From NCBI GenBank assembly GCA_963663165.1, contig OY760175.1:2112001-2176000 (forward strand): a DNA stretch of 64,000 bases, given 5' to 3'. The translations under genes were made by a program, and so were the position numbers. The notes beneath the pieces are model-generated. The model had not been told where the DNA came from. It saw only the letters and a list, made by a program, of their open reading frames with translations, and did not search any database. Source of the DNA: an uncultured Desulfospira sp. (lineage in GTDB: Bacteria; Desulfobacterota; Desulfobacteria; Desulfobacterales; Desulfobacteraceae). Positions 55,888 to 64,000 of this stretch are shown here, one piece after another (the first letter of the stretch is position 1; every line of letters begins with the position of its first letter).

Positions 55888-56928
55888 CTAAACATTTGAA
55901 CCATACCTGTCATTCAGCAAAAAACATCCCTGACACAAACAGTCTTTTTCAGCATTTTGTCCGATTATCCTTTTTCTCACCTTCAGCCACTTCTCCTCAT
56001 TCATGATATCTTCAGGGGGGTATTCAAGTACACTTTTTTGGTTACAGTCAGGGTCCAGACAACACATCCCCGTGTTCCCATCTGAATCGACGCTTAAAAA
56101 ATACCACGGCATCCGGCAGAGGTTCTTTGACGTTTTTTTCAACGGCGCCACTTCCGGCCAGTATATTGGATAGCTACCATATCTTTTTTTCAGACAGTTG
56201 ATCACAGCATTATATTGTTTTTGATGAATATCATAAATCACATTGCCGGATTGATCTGAAGGGGCATTGGGCGTCGGAAATGTATTCTGCAAGTAAACAC
56301 CAGAGCATCCGGCGTTGATACCAAGTTCAATGGCCTGCTCTATGGGGGCTGTATTTTCAAGCATGGCTGAATTAATTACCTTCACAATCTTGGTATTAAT
56401 TTTAGAGGAAACACTTGGCAATATTTTTCGTAATAACTCATAATTTTCAGGGTAAAGGGAGACATTTGCCGCATCAAGACCGGCATCCAAAAATCCCTCT
56501 AATCCACCAGCAAGCCTAGCACCATTGGTATTGATGGAAACAAATCTCTTTTGAGATTTTAAATACCGTATAATTTTTTCAAGGTCTTTGACAAGGGTTG
56601 GCTCTCCCCCGGAAAGCATAATATTCAAGGTTTTCTTAAGGACGGGAGTGTTGAATATTTCCTTGGTCTTTTCCAGCGTGGCCTCTTTCCGATTCCCTTT
56701 AACATTAATTGAACTACCCACGATACAAAAAGGGCATGATAAGTTGCATCTATTGGTTATAAGATAGCTTACAAAGACAGGGCTGAATTTTTTGAAATCA
56801 TATGAAACTTTATACTTTCCACACTTATAGCTTAAATAATTCAGTACCTTTGCATTGGGGAAAAAGGCCCATGGATTCTTTTTGACCAGCCATATTAACT
56901 TGTCATACTTTACTTTCAGGGAATTCAT
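55888..56928 (-). CDS. Radical SAM protein with SPASM/twitch domain
   Basis: CNLSCPFC, SGGEP and INTNG. C-terminal CRMPW...CC...CQGC. Confidence 0.9.
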   Translation of the reverse strand: MNSLKVKYDKLIWLVKKNPWAFFPNAKVLNYLSYKCGKYKVSYDFKKFSPVFVSYLITNRCNLSCPFCIVGSSINVKGNRKEATLEKTKEIFNTPVLKKTLNIMLSGGEPTLVKDLEKIIRYLKSQKRFVSINTNGARLAGGLEGFLDAGLDAANVSLYPENYELLRKILPSVSSKINTKIVKVINSAMLENTAPIEQAIELGINAGCSGVYLQNTFPTPNAPSDQSGNVIYDIHQKQYNAVINCLKKRYGSYPIYWPEVAPLKKTSKNLCRMPWYFLSVDSDGNTGMCCLDPDCNQKSVLEYPPEDIMNEEKWLKVRKRIIGQNAEKDCLCQGCFLLNDRYGSNV

Positions 56929-57331
56929 TTTTTAGGTGTCACCAAGCTCTGAATGTAATAAATGTTAGTTGAGTATTTTTCTATTTTTCTTTCTACGATG
57001 TCATAATATTTGAGGAGCGCCGCCCAAATAATACCATCGCTATATTCTTTTTAAGCAGTCTAAGCCGAGTACCATCAGGCCACAGTTGACTATACTTTTT
57101 TCAATTGTCTCATTCATACAGGTAATCACATTCCCTTTCTGAAATCAAAAAAAGAAAGCAACCAAGGTACAGAAACCACTTTTCCCCAATAGTACCGTTT
57201 TTTATTCCCACATGCTGCCGGCGAATAGAAGAGAAATTGACGTAAAATAACGGCTATCTCCCCTTAAAAAAGGCTCATAGAACTCTGTTCATGAAAACAT
57301 GCTATCATCAAAGCAAAATAATAAAAGCATT

Positions 57332-58507
57332 TTAGTTATCCAATAAAATAAGAGAGATGTCTGTAAACGAAAGTTTTTCTTTAATTAAAGGGTAATATTT
57401 AGGATTCGTAGCCAATACAATGGCATCACAGCTGTTTTTAGAAAACCACTCTATCCCGAAAATTGGAACACCGTGTTTCTCACTTCCTTGTTTTTCTTTA
57501 GTTTCATCAATACAAACGACTGTATTCAGGCTGTGTACATTGGTAAAGGCCATAATGAGGGTAAAAACTTCTCCGCTTCCAAAAAAAGCAACTCGTTTAG
57601 GAGTAATTTTGAAAAGCTGCCTATCAATAGATTGAAATGCCGTTAACCATTTATCTTTCATTCGAAGAAAAGTATCGCTCTCATTAATTACCGAATAGGG
57701 GGATGGTAGATTGCCTTGATTGGGGGCAACAGATTCAAAATCCCGGCAGACAAACAAGCCAATACCATGATTAATTGGGTGATCTGAATCACAATGCTCA
57801 AGTAACAATCCGTTATTCGCCAATACTCTTTTAAACTGGTTTACCGTGAAATGCCAAATATGTTCAGCAAAAAAGATATCATAACCACCGAAATCTTGAA
57901 TCGGCAGTGTAATGATAATCATCCCACCTTCATTTAACATGCACCGTATTTTAGAAATAAAATCCCTAATATCAATGACATGCTCAATTACATTAATTAA
58001 AATTATAACATCGTATGAACCCGCGACTGTTTTGGAAGATGGCCCTGCAATAAATTGTTGTTTAACGGACAACCCTTTTTTTTGTGCGAGTTTTACAGCT
58101 TTGGCACTTCCATCGATTCCGGTAAGTTTTCTATCAGGAAAAGCCTCAAAAAATCTTAAAAGCAAATTCCCCTCACCACACCCAATTTCCAATAAGGAAT
58201 CAAATGAGTCGGGTAAATGGGGGCAGATCCAATCAAAAAATACTTTCGAACGGGCAACATGCCCATCATTTGTAAAGAACCGATGTTCTTCTACCCCCAG
58301 CGTATTAAGTTCATAGGCTTCACCATAAAAAATTTCAAGCTCTTGATCAGATAATTCTTTATCATTTCGAACCGCGCCACATGAGCTGCACATAACCTTA
58401 TTAATATTTCCGTCACTGATCCTTTGATCACCGGTAATTAGCTTATCCGTTTTTGTTTGCAAGTACGGTAACCACTCTTGGCTGCTACAAACTGGACAAG
58501 ACGGCAT
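57332..58507 (-). CDS. SAM-dependent methyltransferase with N-terminal zinc motif (sugar C-methyltransferase-like architecture)
   Basis: CPVC...CSSCG, LEIGCGEG, NVIEHV and EHIWHF, with a C-terminal FGSG Rossmann-like segment. Confidence 0.82.
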   Translation of the reverse strand: MPSCPVCSSQEWLPYLQTKTDKLITGDQRISDGNINKVMCSSCGAVRNDKELSDQELEIFYGEAYELNTLGVEEHRFFTNDGHVARSKVFFDWICPHLPDSFDSLLEIGCGEGNLLLRFFEAFPDRKLTGIDGSAKAVKLAQKKGLSVKQQFIAGPSSKTVAGSYDVIILINVIEHVIDIRDFISKIRCMLNEGGMIIITLPIQDFGGYDIFFAEHIWHFTVNQFKRVLANNGLLLEHCDSDHPINHGIGLFVCRDFESVAPNQGNLPSPYSVINESDTFLRMKDKWLTAFQSIDRQLFKITPKRVAFFGSGEVFTLIMAFTNVHSLNTVVCIDETKEKQGSEKHGVPIFGIEWFSKNSCDAIVLATNPKYYPLIKEKLSFTDISLILLDN

Positions 58508-59222
58508 TTGTTTTTTTCCTTATTTCCTCAGGTAAAGGGCTATACATAATTTGTTCAAAAGATTGTTTCCCCTTATTCATCATTAAATCAATAATCGACA
58601 TATAAGGGACAAACCCATCCCCAAATAACTGAGAATACGGCCTATGTTGATAGTCCTGAAAAATAACCTCAACCTTATTTGCCCTAAAATATTGTGTATC
58701 AATAAAAGTTGACGCTGCCTTACCATCGTACAGGACATCTGCACCATAGAAACCGACAATCTCAAGTATTCGATCCATTTTATTGTCTGAATGACGCGGA
58801 ACTTGAGAAGAATGATGAACCGGCGTCTCAATTCCGATGTATGCCGATATTCTGTCATTGAGCTTGTAATTTAAATCCACCAATTTTTCATAATCATCCT
58901 GGATCACCTTTTCGAGTAACCCATATATCTCATCAAAAAAAGGAGCTTTTCGATACCAATTTTCCACTTTGCTCAGCAATTGGGTTCTCCAGTCTGAATC
59001 CGTGGAGATAAACACATTATTAAGCATTGTTCCCCGAGCACATTTCTTAACTGGAACAAAAATTCTTTTAGGGCCATTTGGGCTTAGTAATTGATTCGTA
59101 TTTCGCCAATCTTTTTTTGTATATTGGACATCATCCATATATACAAATAGGTCAGCCACCGCCATCTGCTCAAAATAACCCATCCATGGAATGAAGCATG
59201 GTTGTATTATCGAAATAATCAA
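58485..59222 (-). CDS. WbqC-family protein
   Basis: QPCFIPWMGYF, DDVQY.K.DWRN, Y.KAPFF and MSIIDL..N motifs. Confidence 0.9.
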   Translation of the reverse strand: MIISIIQPCFIPWMGYFEQMAVADLFVYMDDVQYTKKDWRNTNQLLSPNGPKRIFVPVKKCARGTMLNNVFISTDSDWRTQLLSKVENWYRKAPFFDEIYGLLEKVIQDDYEKLVDLNYKLNDRISAYIGIETPVHHSSQVPRHSDNKMDRILEIVGFYGADVLYDGKAASTFIDTQYFRANKVEVIFQDYQHRPYSQLFGDGFVPYMSIIDLMMNKGKQSFEQIMYSPLPEEIRKKTNAVLSSL

Positions 59223-60290
59223 TTAAAGGTTCCTGAATTCATTAACGGCATTTACCGTTTTGTCAATATCACTAACTGTTACACGATGGTCTACAAAAAA
59301 ATTGATCACATGCTTTCCAAAAAACTCCCCCCCCGGGAACTCGCCCTGCCGGTAGCCAAAAAGGTTATCAACCCTTGGATACCAGGCACTGACCAAAAGG
59401 TTTTTACTGCGCAGATCTTTAATCAACCCATTCCTGAATTTTTCATTTTTACACAGACAGGTATAGCGCCAGATGATTTCACCAGGTTTTCGGGGTCTAT
59501 GGGTGATCATATCATTGTTTATATGTTTTCTATATAAATCCGATTTAAACCGCCGGTCTTCAATATTTTTGCCAAGTTGTACGATAGCCTTTTTAATATC
59601 CAGCACGTCCGTTTTTGTAAGGCGATGAAGGAAAAGGGTACTGTATGTTTCATATAGTTTACAGTAGGATTCAGGAAGAATGTGTGCCATAGACCGGATT
59701 TGCGAGAGTTCATTGGCAAATTCTTCTGCCTGTGTCGTAAACCCTGAATCCCAATACGGCAAAGTTTCATTCAGCTTTTTTAACTCATCAAACAATTCAC
59801 CATCTTTGACTGAAACGGCTCCCCCGATTCCGTTTTCTACAATTTTCGCATACCCAAAGCTATAAATGGCGGCATGTCCGTACTCACCAACCATCCTGCC
59901 GTTATATGATGCCCCAAAAGCATTGCACACATCTTCTATCACAAAAATATTTTTAGACTCAGCCCAGGTAACTATTTCATCAACCATAACCGGTTGACCG
60001 AAATTGTGGGTTACAAGTAAAATTTCCTCATTAGTCCACTTTTCTTGTATCTGCTCAAGGCCGCCGTTCCCGGATATCCTTTCAACATCATAAAAAACCG
60101 GCTCCAGGCCTGAATGGCGAACTATGGCAACAACGACTTCACATATATTAACCGGAAGTAAAACTTTTCTGATATCAGGCTCTATGACTCTGAACAATAG
60201 ATACAGTGCGGTTGTACCCCTACCTGTAAAAAGGAGGTTATTCTTCAAAATCAACGGATTCAAGTTCTTTAAAATTTTTCCTAAATTCAA
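59223..60290 (-). CDS. DegT/DnrJ/EryC1/StrS-family PLP aminotransferase
   Basis: RGTTAL, HNFG, IEDVC and YSFGYAK...GGAV motifs. Confidence 0.85.
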   Translation of the reverse strand: MNLGKILKNLNPLILKNNLLFTGRGTTALYLLFRVIEPDIRKVLLPVNICEVVVAIVRHSGLEPVFYDVERISGNGGLEQIQEKWTNEEILLVTHNFGQPVMVDEIVTWAESKNIFVIEDVCNAFGASYNGRMVGEYGHAAIYSFGYAKIVENGIGGAVSVKDGELFDELKKLNETLPYWDSGFTTQAEEFANELSQIRSMAHILPESYCKLYETYSTLFLHRLTKTDVLDIKKAIVQLGKNIEDRRFKSDLYRKHINNDMITHRPRKPGEIIWRYTCLCKNEKFRNGLIKDLRSKNLLVSAWYPRVDNLFGYRQGEFPGGEFFGKHVINFFVDHRVTVSDIDKTVNAVNEFRNL

Positions 60291-61191
60291 GGTTCTTGTT
60301 CATTCTTTCAAGCTTGTAGGCAATTAAACCAAGCATATTCATCTGCATGCCGAATAGTCCTATTGCCACGGCAAAAATTAACATATTTGTCGGCAAGGGC
60401 GCCTGAACCAGAATACCACGGGTAATTAAGCTTACGCCCACGATTATGGAAAATAAAAAAGAGGAACAACCAATTGACAAAAGAAAAACAATAGATTTAC
60501 TGCCGGAGGTATAATTCAGCAATGCCAGGATCAGCGCATTGACCAAATCGCTAAACCGATATCCGCTTTTTCCATTATCAACATTATAATCGATACTTAC
60601 TTCAAATTGCCTCAACTGTATATATGCAATAAGGAGGGGTAAATTCTGAATCAGATGCCCGTAACTGAAAATTCGGTCAAGAACCGGTCGCCTGAAAAGC
60701 TTAAATGTAGAACCGACATCCACCAAGTTTGTTCGGCATATGGTGTTAATTAATTTGGTAACAAAATATGACCCTGCAGACCGAATGAACGAGGACGACC
60801 GTTTTGCCCTGCTGCCGCTGATTACATCCCAGGACTCCTCAGACAAAGCTTTTTCATATAATTTTTTAATATTCGACGGATGGACCTGCATGTCCGAGTC
60901 CATCATAAAAATAAATTCTCCCGTTGCTTTTTTTAATGCTATAGAGGTCGCAATGTGCTGGCCTACGTTTTCTTTCAGGTTAATTATTTTTAACTGGGGA
61001 TATTTCCTTTTAAGCTGTTCAAGTTGACTTTGGGTATCATCAACGCTGGCGTCATTTACAAGAACCATTTCATAATCTTTTGAAATCTCAGAAAGGGCGT
61101 CATTACAGGAGGCAACAAACGGCTCAATAAATGCTGAATTATTATAAACAGGTGACACCAAAGAAATTTTAATATTTTTTTTATCAGACAT
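60238..61191 (-). CDS. GT2 polyprenyl-phosphate glycosyltransferase (ArnC/GtrB-like)
   Basis: SPVYN, VNDASVD, NVGQH.A and MDSDMQ motifs, with two C-terminal TM helices. Confidence 0.85.
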   Translation of the reverse strand: MSDKKNIKISLVSPVYNNSAFIEPFVASCNDALSEISKDYEMVLVNDASVDDTQSQLEQLKRKYPQLKIINLKENVGQHIATSIALKKATGEFIFMMDSDMQVHPSNIKKLYEKALSEESWDVISGSRAKRSSSFIRSAGSYFVTKLINTICRTNLVDVGSTFKLFRRPVLDRIFSYGHLIQNLPLLIAYIQLRQFEVSIDYNVDNGKSGYRFSDLVNALILALLNYTSGSKSIVFLLSIGCSSFLFSIIVGVSLITRGILVQAPLPTNMLIFAVAIGLFGMQMNMLGLIAYKLERMNKNLEFRKNFKELESVDFEE

Positions 61192-62152
61192 ACAACTCTT
61201 CCATAAAGCGAAGCACCGTTCCTTGAGTTATCTTAGGCGCTTTAACTTTGCCGTATTTAATGTCAGACAGCCACATTTCAATTTCATTAAAACCGAAATG
61301 GGCCCGTATACCTGTAGTTCCTGAAAATCGCGGATTAATTTCTATTATTTTAGGTTCGTTATGGTGCAGGCGAAACTGAATATTATTTACACCTGTCAGA
61401 TCCGATTTTTTGATCACCTCAGCACAGAAAGATTCCAGTCTTTCGGATCTGACCACTTCAGCCGTATTGGTCATTCCAAACTTTAATTTGCGTTTCAACA
61501 AAATAACAAATACCTCATCGGCTTTTGTTCTGTATGTTCCTGCCGTAAACTCCGACGCCTCGTCTCCGACAAATTCCTGGATGATTGGATCCGGCATAAT
61601 TTTTAAAAAATTGTTTAGTTCAGATTGATTCTTTGCAACATAAAGGGATCGAGAACCGCCGCCGACTTTGGGCTTGATTATCGCAGGAAATTGAAGTTTA
61701 CAAATACCGGCTTCATCAATTAAACCGTTTTCCCCTTCAAACGTCTTGGGAGAACCAATACTGTTGGCAATATACCATTTATACGCTTGCCACTTATCAT
61801 TAAACAAAGTCTGTGCTGCAAACGAATTGGTCAACACACGGCAGCCCAACTCTTTTTTAAAGACCTCTTTCACTGACGACAATAACATTATCTCAGCATC
61901 TGAGGTTGGTATAATTACATTTATCCTCTCGGATCTGATGATCTGTTTTATTTGTTCAATGTATGCCTGCTCATCCCTGGCAAACGGAACATTAAAGAAT
62001 GTATCAACCCAGTACTTACCAACAACCTCTTTATACACATCACAGCCGGAAATCTTTGGTCTTCCGGATATTAGTTTTATGGCTTTAATAACAGAAAAGG
62101 CCAGTTCAGATCCAACGGCCGTGACCAGCACATTTATATCACCAAAATTCAT
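61184..62152 (-). CDS. ATP-grasp domain ligase
   Basis: DKW, IIKP..GGGS, IIQEFV and IIEINPRFSGT motifs. Confidence 0.87.
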   Translation of the reverse strand: MNFGDINVLVTAVGSELAFSVIKAIKLISGRPKISGCDVYKEVVGKYWVDTFFNVPFARDEQAYIEQIKQIIRSERINVIIPTSDAEIMLLSSVKEVFKKELGCRVLTNSFAAQTLFNDKWQAYKWYIANSIGSPKTFEGENGLIDEAGICKLQFPAIIKPKVGGGSRSLYVAKNQSELNNFLKIMPDPIIQEFVGDEASEFTAGTYRTKADEVFVILLKRKLKFGMTNTAEVVRSERLESFCAEVIKKSDLTGVNNIQFRLHHNEPKIIEINPRFSGTTGIRAHFGFNEIEMWLSDIKYGKVKAPKITQGTVLRFMEELYV

Positions 62153-62886
62153 TTGACCTCTCTTTCCTGTTCGCCTTTTACCATGAAAAAGGAACGCCCC
62201 AGGTCTTCCAGCGCATAGGCATTACTTCCCAAAGTAATGAAAGCATTGGCTTTTATACACAAAGAGATGAGGTGATCAATAATGGATTTGTGGTAAACAT
62301 AATTTATCTCAATGGCCGTATGGCATCTTCCTGCATGCTGGATAACCTGTTCAATATACTTCATAGGGAATTTTCCAGCATATTTGGTGCATGTTGCCCC
62401 TATATGGGCGATTGAATCAACAATAGGATTTTCGGCCAGGGCGATTAATGTTTTAAACTCCAGATCAACGGCCTGGTCAAAGGACAAGTCTCTTACACGG
62501 ACACCATCCTCAAGACCGGGATAACGATGGGCGGCACCGAGTATGAAATCAGCATTCTCCAACATATGCGAGTCTATCTGAAGGCCGCCTTCAAAATCGA
62601 CTGCCGGAACTTCAAAACCGACCGTTATATCGATCAAGCCTTTGAACTTTTCCTGACATTGCCTGATCTGAGCAACATATGCCTTAAACCAGTCTTTTGT
62701 ATCAAACAACCATGGTTCAGTGTGTTCAGTAAACGCAATGATGGAACAGCCCAAGGCTGCGGCATGACCCACCAGCTCCTCAATGGAATTTTTTCCTTTT
62801 GAAAATGAGGTGTGCACATGGCATTCATAAAAAGGGATTTCCCGGAAAAGAAAACGCTTCGGATCAATACAAAGGCTGCACGCCAT
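62149..62886 (-). CDS. PHP-domain protein (histidinol-phosphatase-like), degenerate metal motifs
   Basis: HVHTSFS, FTEH, GFEV, AHI, IEIN and LGSNAY motifs. Confidence 0.8.
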   Translation of the reverse strand: MACSLCIDPKRFLFREIPFYECHVHTSFSKGKNSIEELVGHAAALGCSIIAFTEHTEPWLFDTKDWFKAYVAQIRQCQEKFKGLIDITVGFEVPAVDFEGGLQIDSHMLENADFILGAAHRYPGLEDGVRVRDLSFDQAVDLEFKTLIALAENPIVDSIAHIGATCTKYAGKFPMKYIEQVIQHAGRCHTAIEINYVYHKSIIDHLISLCIKANAFITLGSNAYALEDLGRSFFMVKGEQEREVK

Positions 62887-63441
62887 TTATGCAACCCCTT
62901 TTTGATCAATGTATTCCCATTCGTCAATAATGGCGTTGGGCGCAATGATTTGGGACATGCTGATATGGCAGCCTTCACCGAGCAGCGCATTATTCCCGGC
63001 ACAGACACCCGCCCCCACAAGGGCGTAGCGCCCGACGGTCACATTTTGATTTAAATTAACATTTGAAAGAAGGCAGGCCCCGAATCCCACCTTAGTTTCG
63101 GCAAGAATGATTGAACCAGGGCCCACAATCGCTGCCTCACTGATATGCGAATGTTTTGAAATAGTGGTGTTTTTATGAATTAATTGGGGGAAGATATGCC
63201 CCTGGGCGGAAAACTTCTCAATCATTCTCTTTCTATGAACAGGCTCTCCTATTCCTAATGCCAAATATTGATGGTTTTCAATCGTTATATCTTTTATCTT
63301 CCCCAATACTGGATATCCTAAAACATGATCTAAATTAGGAAAATGATCATCGAAAACTCCCCCTAACCGAATATCATTGGACTCAAGAATATCGATTATA
63401 AATTTTGATAACATTCCCCCGCCGACAACATGAATATCCAT
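62887..63441 (-). CDS. NeuD/PglD/VioB-family sugar acetyltransferase
   Basis: VGGG, FDD, GYPVLG and GIG...R, followed by hexapeptide repeats. AAGGAG RBS before ATG 63441. Confidence 0.85.
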   Translation of the reverse strand: MDIHVVGGGMLSKFIIDILESNDIRLGGVFDDHFPNLDHVLGYPVLGKIKDITIENHQYLALGIGEPVHRKRMIEKFSAQGHIFPQLIHKNTTISKHSHISEAAIVGPGSIILAETKVGFGACLLSNVNLNQNVTVGRYALVGAGVCAGNNALLGEGCHISMSQIIAPNAIIDEWEYIDQKGVA

Positions 63442-63538
63442 CTTGTGCTCCTTGATTAACACCGATAAAGGAGGTGGTGTGAACTTTTAGAAGCCATATG
63501 CCATATTAGCCCATACAAGGCCTGTCGCATTTGCCGGC

Positions 63539-64000
63539 TTATTCTTTTAGGCCCTGGTTTTGGCAAACAAACCAGTTTACTGTTTCCAAAAGTCCTGATT
63601 CCAAGTCATATTCAGACTGCCACCCCAGTCTGTTTTTTGCTTTGGTAGTATCGGAAAAATTTCTCATGACGTCGCCAAGCCGTTTTTGGCCGTTGATCAC
63701 ATTAAAATTTTTAAACCCCTCCTGATTCAGTATAGGGATTAACACCTCAAGCAGTTCATTGATCGTAGTTTCCCTGTTGGAAGCTATTTGAAAGGTTTCT
63801 CCACCGGCTTGATCGGAGCGCTGTGCCAGGATCACGGCCCTGATCAAGTCTTCTATATAAATAAAATCTCTTGTCTGAGAACCATCCCCATAAATTTCCA
63901 GGTCCTTTCCTGCCATGGCCTGTTTGATAAACTTGGCCACAACACTGTCTTTTTTGAAGGAATACGGGCCATAGACATTTCCAAATCGCAGTGCCACCGT
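63539..64000 (-). CDS. NAD-dependent epimerase/dehydratase (5' part outside window)
   Basis: LRFGNVYGP, IYGDGSQTRDFIY and R.GD motifs. Confidence 0.9.
   Translation of the reverse strand, partial: TVALRFGNVYGPYSFKKDSVVAKFIKQAMAGKDLEIYGDGSQTRDFIYIEDLIRAVILAQRSDQAGGETFQIASNRETTINELLEVLIPILNQEGFKNFNVINGQKRLGDVMRNFSDTTKAKNRLGWQSEYDLESGLLETVNWFVCQNQGLKE

Noticed and set aside
56929..57331. 400-bp gap between the methyltransferase and radical SAM genes
   Set aside because: I could not recognise a coding remnant, repeat or RNA structure.

Overview
Chromosomal window from a sulfate-reducing Desulfobacteraceae-type bacterium (assignment from my reading of the 16S rRNA sequence and gene content; not checked against a database). 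1-11.7 kb is housekeeping: 5'-truncated dnaB, hflX, a GlcD-like FAD oxidase abutting an atypical dnaA that is probably not at the origin, pdxA, uvrA, a stand-alone HsdR_N-like protein and tRNA-Pro(GGG). 11.8-17.2 kb is a complete minus-strand 16S-23S-5S operon whose spacer has no tRNA but carries palindromic repeats. 17.2-21.2 kb holds a DUF2760 / long Hsp70-like gene pair and comEA. 21.5-64 kb is one large minus-strand surface-glycan locus that runs off the right edge. It has two modules. (A) A Wzx/Wzy-type polysaccharide module (21.5-49.6 kb) with the L-FucNAc pathway, a PglF-like dehydratase, a fused reductase-phosphoglycosyl transferase, GT11, three sulfotransferases, several methyltransferases (two fused to Trm112-like domains) and AsnB. 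(B) An Arn/Gtr-like lipid-carrier decoration module (49.6-64 kb) with an ArnC-like GT2, an ArnE/F-like SMR pair, a YfhO GT-C, two aminotransferases, WbqC, ATP-grasp, PHP and radical SAM genes. Structure not shown by the ORF track: an ISNCY-type element nested inside the terminal repeat of an IS66-family element with both target duplications intact; that insertion rewrote a glycosyltransferase stop codon; an SMR flippase subunit is frameshifted at an A10 tract; there is a decayed O-antigen-ligase-like remnant and an IS66-end-like miniature palindromic element.
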